Below are positions 39,373 to 49,521 of a stretch of 64,000 bases of DNA, piece by piece. Both the position numbers and the translations under genes were made by a program. Numbering within the stretch: the first letter of the stretch is position 1; every line of letters starts with the position of its first letter. Location of the stretch: contig CAXXOU010000001.1 in NCBI GenBank assembly GCA_963677495.2, positions 160,001 through 224,000 of the forward strand, written 5' to 3'. Under the pieces are notes generated by a model that ran no database searches, was not told where the DNA came from, and saw only the letters and a program-made list of their open reading frames with translations. This DNA is from Candidatus Cloacimonadales bacterium. GTDB lineage: Bacteria > Cloacimonadota > Cloacimonadia > Cloacimonadales > JAFGVF01.

Positions 39373-42300
39373 TTACTTCAAGAGAGCCATTTTACGGACT
39401 GCTGAATATGATCCTGCATCCATTCTATAGAAATAAACACCGGAAGCTACACTGTTGCCATTGTCAGTTCTACCATTCCAAACAACACTGTGAGTTCCTG
39501 TTTTGTAGAGTTCATTAGTAAGAGTTCTAACCTTCTCACCCTTGATATTGTAGATATCAATCTTAACTTCACTATCAGTAGGAACTGAGAAGCTGATTGA
39601 TGTTTCAGGGTTGAATGGGTTAGGGTGGTTACCATTAAGAGCAAAACTTACTGGAGTAATAACTTCCTCATCTGTACCAGTTGGTGCTTCGAAGATACCA
39701 CCGGCAATTTCATCTATTGCGAAGTATTCAACTTCTACTGTAGATTGTGCTACATTACCAGTAAAGATAAGAGTAGCTACTGAACCTGCGTTAGCTTCAT
39801 CAACATCCCAAGCTGAAAGCATGATGTTTCCATTATTAGCTTCAAACTCACAGTTTGAGTCACTGAGCTGGTTAGCAAAAACAACATCAGTCAAAGTAAG
39901 CTCTTCTCTATAGTTGATTGAACCGATAACTGAGTAGAAGTTCTCATCAGAACTAATTTCAAGAATATATTCACCATTAGTATTAGGTGTAAGTACTACA
40001 GGTTGAGTATTAAACTCAATTGCCCTTTCAGCTGAACCGGGATAGTTACCTGAAGGGTCGCCAATCACGATTGCACTGAAGTCAGCTGTTTCATCTGCTT
40101 CAAATATTTCAATGCTTGTACTTTCTGGTGAGAACATCCAAGTTCCACCTGGAAGCTCAGTTATAATACCAAGTGCATACTGAGCCATTAAAGCAGAGTC
40201 ATATACTGATACTGAGCCATTTCCACTTGCATCAGCAGCTATAACCTGATTTGGGTTGAATACTTCAAGTCCAAGTGAATATCTTGCAGTAAGAGCTGCG
40301 TCGTATGGAGTAACTGTTAAAGCTGGAATTGCAATATCAGTTGATGGAGTTACAACATAGTTACCTGTAGATACGTCAGCAAAGGTATATGTTCCATCAG
40401 CAGCTGATGTCTCAACTTCATCGTCATCACCTGTTAATGTAAGAGTTACACCCGGAAGTGGATTGCCTGTTCCGAAGTATGATACAGTACCATCAATATC
40501 GTATTTGTTATAAACAGTAAATAAGCCATTGTGTTGTACTACCGCTTCAGCTGTTTCATTGAAGACGAAGTTAGTGAAGTTGAGCTGACAGTTATCATAG
40601 TCACTGGCATTACCTGCAACAGTCATATTAACATAAAGGAGAGTTCCACCTTCTTGTAATGCTGTAGTATTGAAACCATTGATTACGATTTCACCAACTG
40701 TACCTGCATTATAGTTCACACTCCAGTTCTCTGTAAGAGTTCCGGCAGTTGTAACATCAATTGCAGTAAGCAATGTGAAGTCATAAGTAATAGTGAACTG
40801 GAATGAAAGAATATTGTATTGTGGAATTGAGTTAGTAATGAATACAGGGATAGCAACTGTTTCACCTGCAGCACCTGTTTCATCTTGTGTAATTCCTGCA
40901 CTAAGTGGTCCAACCATAACCTGACCTGCAGCATAATCCATAACAGGAGCATTAACTCCATCATCAATCACAGCATAGATATTATATAAACCATGTGGGA
41001 TGTCAGTGAAATCCCAAGTATAACTGTTTGTTGCAGAATCTTCGCTAATATCAGTAGCAAAAGCTGTACCTGTATAATCTAAACCATCATCATAATAAAG
41101 AGAAATTGTTGCATTATCATCAACATCGATATCCATCCATGTGATGTCATAAGATGTTGGGTTCAACTCTAATGAAGTTGGAGTGTAGAGATCAATTGTT
41201 GGGGCTAAGTTAGGTAAGTTACAAGCAGAACCATCCATATTAGCAACCTGAAGGTTAGTGTAGCTAACAGTTCCATTATTAAGTTGTGTAACTAAGCTAT
41301 TCACACCTGTGATCTGTCCCCACCAGTTGTATTCTGCATTCACAACTTGTGTTTCATTAATACAAGTAAAATCATTAATGTAGGATGTAAGGTCATATCT
41401 CAACTCAGTACAACGTCCCCAAGGAGTACCACTGTAATAGTATGCATATACTCTAATTCTGATGCTTTGACTTGTGCTTGTTGTATTAATATCAAACCAT
41501 GAATTAAGGTTAGTATCATAGGATGAATTGTTTCTTAAATATGTCACTAGTGCATTAGAGTTCTCATCATAAAGATAAAGATTATAATCAGAAGATGAGC
41601 TGTAATGGTCCATCCAACCTGACATCCTTGCCTGTGTCATTAAGTTAACAGGGAATTTTGTTGTATAGTAGTTTGAATAACCATTAGAGCCTGAATAATA
41701 CAAGCTACTTGATGGAATATCTTCAGTAAAAATATATGTTGTTGGAGGATTAGTAACGTTACCATAGATATTACTATAATTCACTGTAGGAGCAGCTTCT
41801 GTTTGAACCCAAACTCCAGCCCAGGCATTATCTGTGATTGTTGAATAAGTAATATCACCAACAGCATCTGTTTCATAAAGAGCACCCATTTTACCATTGT
41901 TTGTAATACAACAGTTATCAAAATCAGCATCAGCTGAAGCACCTGTTATAAATACACCATTCAAAGTATTGTCTGAAATGTCAGTATTGGAGAATGTAAT
42001 TATTGCATTCGTTACGTTGATACCGTTATCACCATTATTAATAGCCCCTGAGTTATCAAAAGTAACGTTCTGCGAATTAGTTATATCAAAACCATATCTA
42101 CCATTTGAAGAAGAGATAACACCATCACCGTTTACAATCGCATCTGAAAGTATTATCATACCATCAGTAGTATTGTTAAAGATAATAGTATTATTGATTG
42201 ATGTCAGACCTGAATATGAATCTGTTACTTTAACACCAAAGTCATTACAATAAGCAATAACACAGTTATTCATTGTCACGTACTTTGCATCAACGTGTAT

Positions 42301-42693
42301 ACCTTCATCTGCATAGTATACTTGCATGTAGTTAAGCACTGAGTAGATAGCTCCTGAGTTACTGAATGTAATACCTGACCAATCTGAAGGAGCAGGACTA
42401 GTTTCTAAAGAAGTAAAGATTACTTCATTACCATCAGCACCATTTACGATTAGGCGACCATCAACAACAAAACGTGTATCACCAATGCCATCAAGGTCAT
42501 TATCAATTTTAGGAAAAGTAACAGTTACACCTGCATTGATTGTTAGTACAGCCCCGTCATCAATAAACAAGTCCCCGGTAATTGTTTGATCTGTGTCCCA
42601 GACCACGTTGTCAGTAATATGCCCCGATACTGCCCAACTAAGTGTAGCTGCCAGTAGAAAAAGCATGAAAATAGTTAAATTCTTTCTCATCAT
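39373..42693 (-). CDS. Secreted right-handed beta-helix protein with cohesin, dockerin-like and FlgD-like CTD domains (paralog 1)
   Basis: Collinear paralog of 31956..35258; VAIPVFITN..FQFTITYDFTLL; TPYDAALTARY...AADASGNGSVSVYDSALMAQY; NHPNPFNPET tail. Confidence 0.75.
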   Translation of the reverse strand: MMRKNLTIFMLFLLAATLSWAVSGHITDNVVWDTDQTITGDLFIDDGAVLTINAGVTVTFPKIDNDLDGIGDTRFVVDGRLIVNGADGNEVIFTSLETSPAPSDWSGITFSNSGAIYSVLNYMQVYYADEGIHVDAKYVTMNNCVIAYCNDFGVKVTDSYSGLTSINNTIIFNNTTDGMIILSDAIVNGDGVISSSNGRYGFDITNSQNVTFDNSGAINNGDNGINVTNAIITFSNTDISDNTLNGVFITGASADADFDNCCITNNGKMGALYETDAVGDITYSTITDNAWAGVWVQTEAAPTVNYSNIYGNVTNPPTTYIFTEDIPSSSLYYSGSNGYSNYYTTKFPVNLMTQARMSGWMDHYSSSSDYNLYLYDENSNALVTYLRNNSSYDTNLNSWFDINTTSTSQSIRIRVYAYYYSGTPWGRCTELRYDLTSYINDFTCINETQVVNAEYNWWGQITGVNSLVTQLNNGTVSYTNLQVANMDGSACNLPNLAPTIDLYTPTSLELNPTSYDITWMDIDVDDNATISLYYDDGLDYTGTAFATDISEDSATNSYTWDFTDIPHGLYNIYAVIDDGVNAPVMDYAAGQVMVGPLSAGITQDETGAAGETVAIPVFITNSIPQYNILSFQFTITYDFTLLTAIDVTTAGTLTENWSVNYNAGTVGEIVINGFNTTALQEGGTLLYVNMTVAGNASDYDNCQLNFTNFVFNETAEAVVQHNGLFTVYNKYDIDGTVSYFGTGNPLPGVTLTLTGDDDEVETSAADGTYTFADVSTGNYVVTPSTDIAIPALTVTPYDAALTARYSLGLEVFNPNQVIAADASGNGSVSVYDSALMAQYALGIITELPGGTWMFSPESTSIEIFEADETADFSAIVIGDPSGNYPGSAERAIEFNTQPVVLTPNTNGEYILEISSDENFYSVIGSINYREELTLTDVVFANQLSDSNCEFEANNGNIMLSAWDVDEANAGSVATLIFTGNVAQSTVEVEYFAIDEIAGGIFEAPTGTDEEVITPVSFALNGNHPNPFNPETSISFSVPTDSEVKIDIYNIKGEKVRTLTNELYKTGTHSVVWNGRTDNGNSVASGVYFYRMDAGSYSAVRKMALLK

Positions 42694-43189
42694 AGACTCC
42701 TTTTTACATCATCAATTTTGTTATTTTTTTAGATTATATCTCCTATTTCCTTAGCGTTCAATCTTAGTTATTCAGCTAAATTATAGTCAAGTTAAAATGT
42801 GCTTCTATCGCTGTAACTTTATTATTATTACAGTCTTAATGAGTAAGAATCATTTTCCAGCAACATTCTACTTAGCATATAAAGAATAAATTACGTTCTT
42901 CTGCTATCTATAGTTTCTATTACAGACAAATATTTTAACACTGCAAGTTTTCCCCTCATACAGCAATTAAGCATGAACATAAATCTTAATGAACACATAT
43001 AAAATTTGCATAAGTCCGATCATTTCTATTAAACCGTCTTCATCTTTCACCTTTACTTATCTTGCCTTGATAACGTTCGAATCTACTTAGAACTTGTTTA
43101 TCTCTAGTTGATTCATTTTTTCCTTCATTATCCCAATATTGTTAACTGGAACTCTTTATGTAATCTCATCAAAAACCTAGAATCTCGCT

Positions 43190-43320
43190 TGTCCCTCCCT
43201 TTAGCCTCCCTAGACCCTCCCTATGAACCCCTAAAGTTATCCACATCGTGTGCATAACTTAATATAGGGTGCAAAGAAGTTCTTGATGCGACTAAGTATA
43301 GAGAGAAAGCAGACTGCATA
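43190..43320. repeat. 11-bp-period tract centred on an inverted DnaA-box pair (element D)
   Basis: CCTCCCT at 43194/43205/43216; TTATCCACA-TCG-TGTGCATAA at 43237-43257. Confidence 0.6.
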
Positions 43321-43376
43321 AGAATGATAACTTAATTTCAATGTGTTAATAGAATATATACTTAATTATGTAGAAA

Positions 43377-43484
43377 CTACCTTTCAAATGGTCCTTAGAC
43401 CTTTGAAATGGTACTCTTGTCCCACAACCAGTAATCTCTCCGAATTGCACCATTTGGAAGGTCTATCAACCATTCCAAAGGTAC
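43377..43484. repeat. ~100-bp dispersed inverted-repeat element with four 14-bp boxes (copy 2, opposite orientation)
   Basis: ACCTTTCAAATGGT (43379), ACCTTTGAAATGGT (43399), ACCATTTGGAAGGT (43449), ACCATTCCAAAGGT (43469). Confidence 0.75.
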
Positions 43485-43496
43485 AAGTCATAGTAA

Positions 43497-44522
43497 CTAA
43501 AACTTATTATCAAGTATTGTGGTGACAATAGGCTTAAACTCAATACCCAACACAATCAGAGGTAGATCTGAATACCTTTTGAGTTTAGTGAAGTCTTTCT
43601 CAGTAGTGAGAAGATAGTCAATATGATTTGCATGAAGTTCTTTCATAATCTTGTTAATGACATTCTCATCCTTATAATCATAGTGATCGGGATAAATGAA
43701 ATGCGTTTCAAAATTTATATCTGCATCAATAACTGATTTTTCGAAGGAAGCAGGATTACCTAACCCGGAGATTAATGCTACCTTAGAGTCTGCAAATTGA
43801 GGAATATCAATAATATCACCATGCTTATCTCTAATACCTGTAGAAACATGTTTACCTGTTATTATGGGTTTATCATATTTCTGCACTACATTTGGTACAG
43901 TTCCATCACCGGTTAGAACAACATAATCAGCATACTTTATAGCAGAAATAGGTTCCCTTAAAATTCCAGCCGGTAATGTGAATCCGTTGCCTAAAGGTGA
44001 TGGTTGTTTAAAGAGAACAAAATCGATGTCATGCTTTACTTTTAGGTGTTGGAAGGAATCATCTAGAATCACGTAATCAAGATTAGGAAATGACTTTAGA
44101 AGGGTCATTATAGCATTCTTACGATTTCTGCCTGCCACAACCGGGATACCCGGTAAACTATTAGCTATCAAACTCGCTTCATCACATGCTTTTTCCGCTT
44201 TTTCAAGCACCTCTTCCCTATTAGAAATAATGGTGACTAGATTTTCAAACTCACCTTTATAATCTCTATGTGATACTGCAACCTTTAGTCCTTTTGAGGA
44301 TAATAGCTTTGCTAAGAAGATTGTAAAAGGTGTCTTACCGGTGCCACCACTAACAATGTTACCAACACTAATCACTTTAACAGGTGCTTGCCATCCCTTA
44401 TCTTGAAAAATAGCCCGTCTGGTTCTTAAAACGATGCCATAGAGAGCAGAAATTGGATAAAGGAGATATGACAAGGCTGTCCGATTGTTGAGGTGCTTAT
44501 CAATAAAATGCTGTGATGACAT
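43497..44522 (-). CDS. lpxK: Tetraacyldisaccharide 4'-kinase
   Basis: VISVGNIVSGGTGKTP, ILDDSFQH, LPAGILREP, YPDHYDY, LTTEKD. Confidence 0.95.
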   Translation of the reverse strand: MSSQHFIDKHLNNRTALSYLLYPISALYGIVLRTRRAIFQDKGWQAPVKVISVGNIVSGGTGKTPFTIFLAKLLSSKGLKVAVSHRDYKGEFENLVTIISNREEVLEKAEKACDEASLIANSLPGIPVVAGRNRKNAIMTLLKSFPNLDYVILDDSFQHLKVKHDIDFVLFKQPSPLGNGFTLPAGILREPISAIKYADYVVLTGDGTVPNVVQKYDKPIITGKHVSTGIRDKHGDIIDIPQFADSKVALISGLGNPASFEKSVIDADINFETHFIYPDHYDYKDENVINKIMKELHANHIDYLLTTEKDFTKLKRYSDLPLIVLGIEFKPIVTTILDNKF

Positions 44523-44530
44523 AATTGAAT

Positions 44531-44557
44531 AGCCCCATGCCCGAGGACATGGGGCTT
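44531..44557. other. Strong hairpin between lemA-like gene and lpxK
   Basis: AGCCCCATG-N8-CATGGGGCT; no U-tract on the minus (sense) strand. Confidence 0.5.
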
Positions 44558-44563
44558 TGGTTA

Positions 44564-45157
44564 TTAAAACTTAACTTTAGGTGCTTCTTGAGCTTCTTGA
44601 GTAGCTTTGAAGAACTCAACCTTAGTAATGTTAAAGATGCCTGCAAGCATATTATTTGGGAAAGTGATAATCATCTGATTGAATCTGTTAGCAGCCTGAT
44701 TATAGTCACGACGTGCAACAGCGATTCTGTTCTCAGTACCTTCAAGCTGACTCTGAAGAGCTAAGAAATTCTGATTAGCTTTAAGATCAGGATAGCGTTC
44801 AGCCACAACCATAAGACGTTGTAACGCACCGCCGAGACCTGCTTGCATCTGCTGGAATTTAGCAAAAGCTTGAGGATCATTAACAACACTACCTGCATCG
44901 ATAGTTCCGCCCATTTTAGAACGAGCTTCAGTAACTGCCTGCAATGTTTCCTTCTCATGAGAAGCATAACCTTTAACGGTTTCAACAAGATTAGGGATTA
45001 AATCGTATCTACGTTGATACTGATTCTCAACTTGTGACCATTGGTTATCTATTTCAACTCTGGCACGTTGCATTGAGTTATATTTACCGATTACACTGAA
45101 GATACCTAAGACAATGATTCCTACTATTACTAACAGGATTAACAAACCTTTTTTCAT
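44564..45157 (-). CDS. lemA: LemA family protein
   Basis: YQRRYDLIPNLVETVKGYASHE, ERYPDLKANQNF, LEGTENRIAVARRDYN. Confidence 0.92.
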   Translation of the reverse strand: MKKGLLILLVIVGIIVLGIFSVIGKYNSMQRARVEIDNQWSQVENQYQRRYDLIPNLVETVKGYASHEKETLQAVTEARSKMGGTIDAGSVVNDPQAFAKFQQMQAGLGGALQRLMVVAERYPDLKANQNFLALQSQLEGTENRIAVARRDYNQAANRFNQMIITFPNNMLAGIFNITKVEFFKATQEAQEAPKVKF

Positions 45158-45182
45158 ATATTACCTCACATATTTGGTTTAT

Positions 45183-45215
45183 AAAAGTACAGCAAGGACT
45201 ATTTAGTCCTTGCTG
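45183..45215 (-). terminator. Intrinsic terminator
   Basis: CAGCAAGGACTA / TAGTCCTTGCTG stem followed on minus strand by TACTTTT. Confidence 0.65.
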
Positions 45216-45237
45216 ATTAGTTTAAAACACTTAGAAC

Positions 45238-45525
45238 TTAGATTACGTTAAAAACTCTGAGTAAAATGAGAAGTAAAAGGAGTGCTTGAACACCCCAGCT
45301 GATGAAGAGCTTAGACTTAAGGTCATCAACCATCTTCCTCATCTCATTCTGTTTCTTCTCAGCTTTAACAAGTAAGTTCTCACATACTTCAACCCTTTCA
45401 GCTGTCTGGTCAAATTTCTTAACCTTATTGTTATGGTTGAAGTCACGAATCATAGGACTAATAAAACTGCCTAAAATGGTGAGAAAGGCCGGCAACATTG
45501 AGTGCTTATCTTTCTTCTTCGCCAT
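45238..45525 (-). CDS. Small membrane-anchored coiled-coil hypothetical protein
   Basis: GGAGG RBS, operon position, C-terminal TM helix. Confidence 0.6.
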   Translation of the reverse strand: MAKKKDKHSMLPAFLTILGSFISPMIRDFNHNNKVKKFDQTAERVEVCENLLVKAEKKQNEMRKMVDDLKSKLFISWGVQALLLLLILLRVFNVI

Positions 45526-45536
45526 TTATTCCTCCA

Positions 45537-46379
45537 TTAAAACTTATAACCGACTGAAAAATGATGTGTGCCATCTAGAGTTGCATGTGAATTATATGCA
45601 TAATCAACGAGAATATTGTACATGTTGATTCCGGCACCAAAACTAATTACATTCGGTTTATTGTGAACACCACCCCTTAAAGTAAGGACTTCATGAGGTG
45701 AAATCTCAAGACCACCCATAATTTGGGTTTCTTCACCAAATTCCTGCTTAAGCTCAACAGATGTAGTCACCTTCTCATATGGTGAATGTGAGAGACCTAC
45801 AGCAAAAACTTGAGGAAGATCACTTTCATTATCTTTACCAATCTTAGGATTGTTTATGTTTGTAACAGAGAAAGCAAGTTTTGTTCTCTGTCTGATGGTA
45901 GCAAGTGCACCCATATTCACACCGAAAGCCATCTGAGTGTCATCAGAGTCAGCAAACTCAAGATTATATAGATTAACACCATAACCGAGTGTAAATTCAG
46001 TGTGTATATCTTTCATTAAAGTGAAACCATGGAAAAGACCCATAGTCTGTTCAGACATAAGTGTCTCATCTTCAAAGTCAACACTAAATGATTGAACACC
46101 GAGTCCGATTGCTCCGGCTTTACCAAAGTTGTAAGACACAGCTCCATTGATAAGAGTGTTATAGCCGGTGTTCCATAAGTCAGTATAGCTGATAATAGCA
46201 GCATTGTCAGCATAAACGAGACCGGCAGGATTATAGAAAACAGCAGTAGCATCATCAGCAACTGAGTAGAAAGCTCCACCCATACCACGAGCTCTTGCAG
46301 ATGCACCGTAATCATCAAAAACAGCATTAAGTGACAGAAGGGAAACGGTAAGTGCTATAATAATAAGTATCTTTTTCAT
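45537..46379 (-). CDS. PorV/PorQ family outer-membrane barrel, paralog 2
   Basis: ASARARGMGGAFYSVADDATAVFYNPAGL; VDYAY...THHFSVGYKF. Confidence 0.8.
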   Translation of the reverse strand: MKKILIIIALTVSLLSLNAVFDDYGASARARGMGGAFYSVADDATAVFYNPAGLVYADNAAIISYTDLWNTGYNTLINGAVSYNFGKAGAIGLGVQSFSVDFEDETLMSEQTMGLFHGFTLMKDIHTEFTLGYGVNLYNLEFADSDDTQMAFGVNMGALATIRQRTKLAFSVTNINNPKIGKDNESDLPQVFAVGLSHSPYEKVTTSVELKQEFGEETQIMGGLEISPHEVLTLRGGVHNKPNVISFGAGINMYNILVDYAYNSHATLDGTHHFSVGYKF

Positions 46380-46388
46380 CTCTACCTC

Positions 46389-47780
46389 CTATAGCTCTGT
46401 TGATATGACAATCGGTTGAGTAGTTGTTTTCTTTTTACCTGAGTCAAGTTTTATGACTTCAAGATGACATATATACATTCCGGGTGGAAGCATTTCATAA
46501 GATCTGTCCTTCCCGTTCCAAGTTGTGCTTTCAATGCCTAAAGAGCTGATTAGCTTTTCATTTAAGATAGTGTTTTCAAGCTGACCTTTAGAGTTATAAA
46601 TACTGATTATAACTTTGCAGTTAGTATTACCTTTCACTTCAGCACCGTACGCAATAGTAATCATCTCTTCTTTTGGATTGAAGATGTTTTTATCGCTATC
46701 AGCAGTGTAGATGTTTAAGAAAGGTTTTGATTCAGAATAAGGTACACTCACAAGGGAGTTAAAAATTCTGAAAGCATCTTCTTCATTATACATAAAAGAG
46801 TCGAAGATAAGTTCTGATTGCCCAAACTCTTTTGCAGTAGCTTCAAGAGTAATCAACAAACTATTGTCATCATCAACGATTAGATAATCATCAAAGTTGC
46901 ATTCAACTTTAACAGTATTCCCATCAACATGTGTGAACGTAACTTCTCCATCATACTCATCTGTCATTGAATCATCAAGACTATAACCATCAATAGAGAT
47001 AATTGCTGAATCATAAGAGAGCTCGAAGCTGTAAGACTCAACTTCTTCAGTATCTTCAACAGTATATGTTCTAACTGGGATATCGAAACTACCTGTACCA
47101 TCAACATTAATCTGTGGGATGTTGATACTTGGCTGTTCTATATCAGCTGAAGTTCTTGGACAAATTCTGAAGTAACTATAAGAATACTGAACAACACCTG
47201 TAATAGCAGTAAATTGATCTCCTGCTTGAGGATTAAGTTCATTATATGTAAAGAAGCCATCCATTACATATATTGAAGCACCGGAAGTATCAGTGATTTT
47301 GAAATCTCCATAGCTATCCACAGGGTTTGAGCATGTAGGAGCAATTATTTTTACAAGAACACCTTCCCATTGTTCTGCATCAGCACCAGTAAGGTCTGAA
47401 CATGTAATAACAGCAGGTTCAGGAAGTGGATTACCACTTGATTCTACAGTTGCACTAGAGACCTGACTCATTTCTGTAAGTTCATAATACTCTACAACAT
47501 CAGCAGTAACTACAACAGAGTCACCTAATGCTGGGAATGTACTGTAATCATAAACATAAACACCACTCCATGGTCCACCTTCTCTATCAGAAATAAAGTA
47601 TTTTTCATCATCAAATTCAATAGCTGTTACTATACCACCAACAGATACAGTTTGTCCGGAGTAAGGAGAGTTTCCATTTGCTTGATCAGTATACTGAATG
47701 TCGTACACGGATAATACTTCTGCAAAAAGCATGCTAGATGCAAGAAGTAACATAATAAATAATATCTTTTTTGTTTTCAT
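46389..47780 (-). CDS. Secreted protein: OB-fold domains, cohesin-like domain, variant FlgD-like CTD
   Basis: VYDIQY...SPYSGQTVSVGGIVTA, AEQWEGVLVKI (OB folds as in extracellular nucleases); SFDIPV...YSFELSYDSAII; KNIFNP...IYNSKGQ...WNGKD..GMYI. Confidence 0.65.
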   Translation of the reverse strand: MKTKKILFIMLLLASSMLFAEVLSVYDIQYTDQANGNSPYSGQTVSVGGIVTAIEFDDEKYFISDREGGPWSGVYVYDYSTFPALGDSVVVTADVVEYYELTEMSQVSSATVESSGNPLPEPAVITCSDLTGADAEQWEGVLVKIIAPTCSNPVDSYGDFKITDTSGASIYVMDGFFTYNELNPQAGDQFTAITGVVQYSYSYFRICPRTSADIEQPSINIPQINVDGTGSFDIPVRTYTVEDTEEVESYSFELSYDSAIISIDGYSLDDSMTDEYDGEVTFTHVDGNTVKVECNFDDYLIVDDDNSLLITLEATAKEFGQSELIFDSFMYNEEDAFRIFNSLVSVPYSESKPFLNIYTADSDKNIFNPKEEMITIAYGAEVKGNTNCKVIISIYNSKGQLENTILNEKLISSLGIESTTWNGKDRSYEMLPPGMYICHLEVIKLDSGKKKTTTQPIVISTEL

Positions 47781-47798
47781 ATTCGCCTCATTTATAGT

Positions 47799-48299
47799 CT
47801 AAAGATTCTTATCCTCTATTTTCACATTCTTGTCAAAGAATAATATATAAATAATTAGTAAAGCTATAGCAATCGATATGGAACTGTCTGCCACATTGAA
47901 GACTGGAAAGCGTGTCATAACGAAATCAGGGAAGTCACAATCAATAAAATCTGTAACGTAACCAAGGGATATTCTATCTATCAAGTTCCCAACAGCTCCG
48001 CCAAGAATCATAGAAATTATGGCACTCTCAAAGTTGTTCTTAGTTTTTCTTAGATATAAGAACATCACAACTATTGCAATTAAAGTCACTGCAATGAAGA
48101 TTATCCTATTTACTAACACATTGCCAAATGAAAGGCTAAAAGCTGCTCCTGTGTTACGAACATAGGTAAATCTTACCAGATCACCAATTATCTGAATTGA
48201 ATCATATAACTCAAATCTAGCACGAATCAGATACTTAGTAATCTGGTCAAAAATAATAATAAAACCGGAAAGCAAGAGCCAAGAATATTTAGATTTCAT
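47799..48299 (-). CDS. lspA: Lipoprotein signal peptidase II
   Basis: DQITK, NTGAAFS, GGAVGNLIDR, VTDFID, FNVADS. Confidence 0.96.
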   Translation of the reverse strand: MKSKYSWLLLSGFIIIFDQITKYLIRARFELYDSIQIIGDLVRFTYVRNTGAAFSLSFGNVLVNRIIFIAVTLIAIVVMFLYLRKTKNNFESAIISMILGGAVGNLIDRISLGYVTDFIDCDFPDFVMTRFPVFNVADSSISIAIALLIIYILFFDKNVKIEDKNL

Positions 48300-48697
48300 T
48301 ATCTTCTACTATTCTTAGTCTCTTCTTTAGATTTACAATCAATGCAGAATCGAGCATAAGGTATAGCTTTCAGACGTGATTCCGAAATTAGTTCACCACA
48401 AATTTCGCATACACCATAAACTCCATCATATACCTTTTCTAACGCAATATTCAAGCGTTTTATCTTCTTCTGTTCTGAGTCATACAGATACATTTTCTTC
48501 TCTAAGCTATTTGTATCTGAGCCTTGATCTGCCTGATGAAAAGCATAACTAGAAAGATCTCCTGAACTCTCTTTTGAACTCTTCTTCTGTTCTTGATGTA
48601 CTGATTCAATAAACTTACGACTTTCATCTCTCTCTTCAAGAATCACTTCTTTAAATTCATCAAGCTTTTCTTTTGAATATCTTTTTTCGCTCATCAT
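48299..48697 (-). CDS. TraR/DksA family C4 zinc-finger protein
   Basis: HQADQGSD, YGVCEICGELISESRLKAIPYARFCIDC. Confidence 0.9.
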   Translation of the reverse strand: MMSEKRYSKEKLDEFKEVILEERDESRKFIESVHQEQKKSSKESSGDLSSYAFHQADQGSDTNSLEKKMYLYDSEQKKIKRLNIALEKVYDGVYGVCEICGELISESRLKAIPYARFCIDCKSKEETKNSRR

Positions 48698-48711
48698 ATC
48701 CCCTTTTGACG

Positions 48712-49521
48712 TTAATCAAGTCTTTCGATAATTTGTGATATTATAGTTTGTAAGTTATCTTTTGCCAATTCTGCAGCTTTCTGCACATCTTCATGTGTAT
48801 GAGCTTCTGAATGGAAAATATTAGTCATATTAGTAACTACAGAGCATGTAAACACTTTCAATCCACAATGTACAGCTGTAATCACTCCCGGAACTGTTGA
48901 CATTCCAACAACATCAGCTCCCCATCCTGCAAGCATACGGCATTCAGCCCTAGTTTCGAATGATGGCCCTGATACTGCTACATAAATACCCTCTGCTAAA
49001 TCTATCTTATTCTCTTTAGCAACTACTTTTGCCAGTTCTCTTAATCCATTATCATATGCTTCATGCATTGAGGGAAACCTGACTCCAAACTCAGATTTGT
49101 TATCGCCTCTAAGCGGGTTTACTCCCATAAAATTGATATGGTCATTTAGAATCATAAGTTGTCCGGGTTGTAATGCTTCGTTCAAACTACCGGCTGCATT
49201 TGTTGCAAAATAGTACTTCACACCCAATAATGAGAATACTCGCACGGGAAATGTTATTTCCTCCATCGTCCAGCCCTCATAAAAATGGAATCTTCCCTGC
49301 TGGCACACAATAAATTTTTCACCAATAGTTCCAAAGATTAGGTTTCCGGCATGCCCCTCAACTGTTGATTGAACAAATCCGGGAATCTCTGAATATGGTA
49401 TTACAACTTTATTCTGAATCGTATCAGCAAATGAGGACAACCCGCTACCAAGCACTATGGCAACTTCAGGTGTTTGTTTACATCTGCTCTTAATATATTC
49501 TACTGCTTCTTTATAATTCAT
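48712..49521 (-). CDS. Purine nucleoside phosphorylase (trimeric type)
   Basis: VLGSGL, STVEGHAG, GRFHFYEG, TNAAG, GPSFET, GMST. Confidence 0.93.
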   Translation of the reverse strand: MNYKEAVEYIKSRCKQTPEVAIVLGSGLSSFADTIQNKVVIPYSEIPGFVQSTVEGHAGNLIFGTIGEKFIVCQQGRFHFYEGWTMEEITFPVRVFSLLGVKYYFATNAAGSLNEALQPGQLMILNDHINFMGVNPLRGDNKSEFGVRFPSMHEAYDNGLRELAKVVAKENKIDLAEGIYVAVSGPSFETRAECRMLAGWGADVVGMSTVPGVITAVHCGLKVFTCSVVTNMTNIFHSEAHTHEDVQKAAELAKDNLQTIISQIIERLD

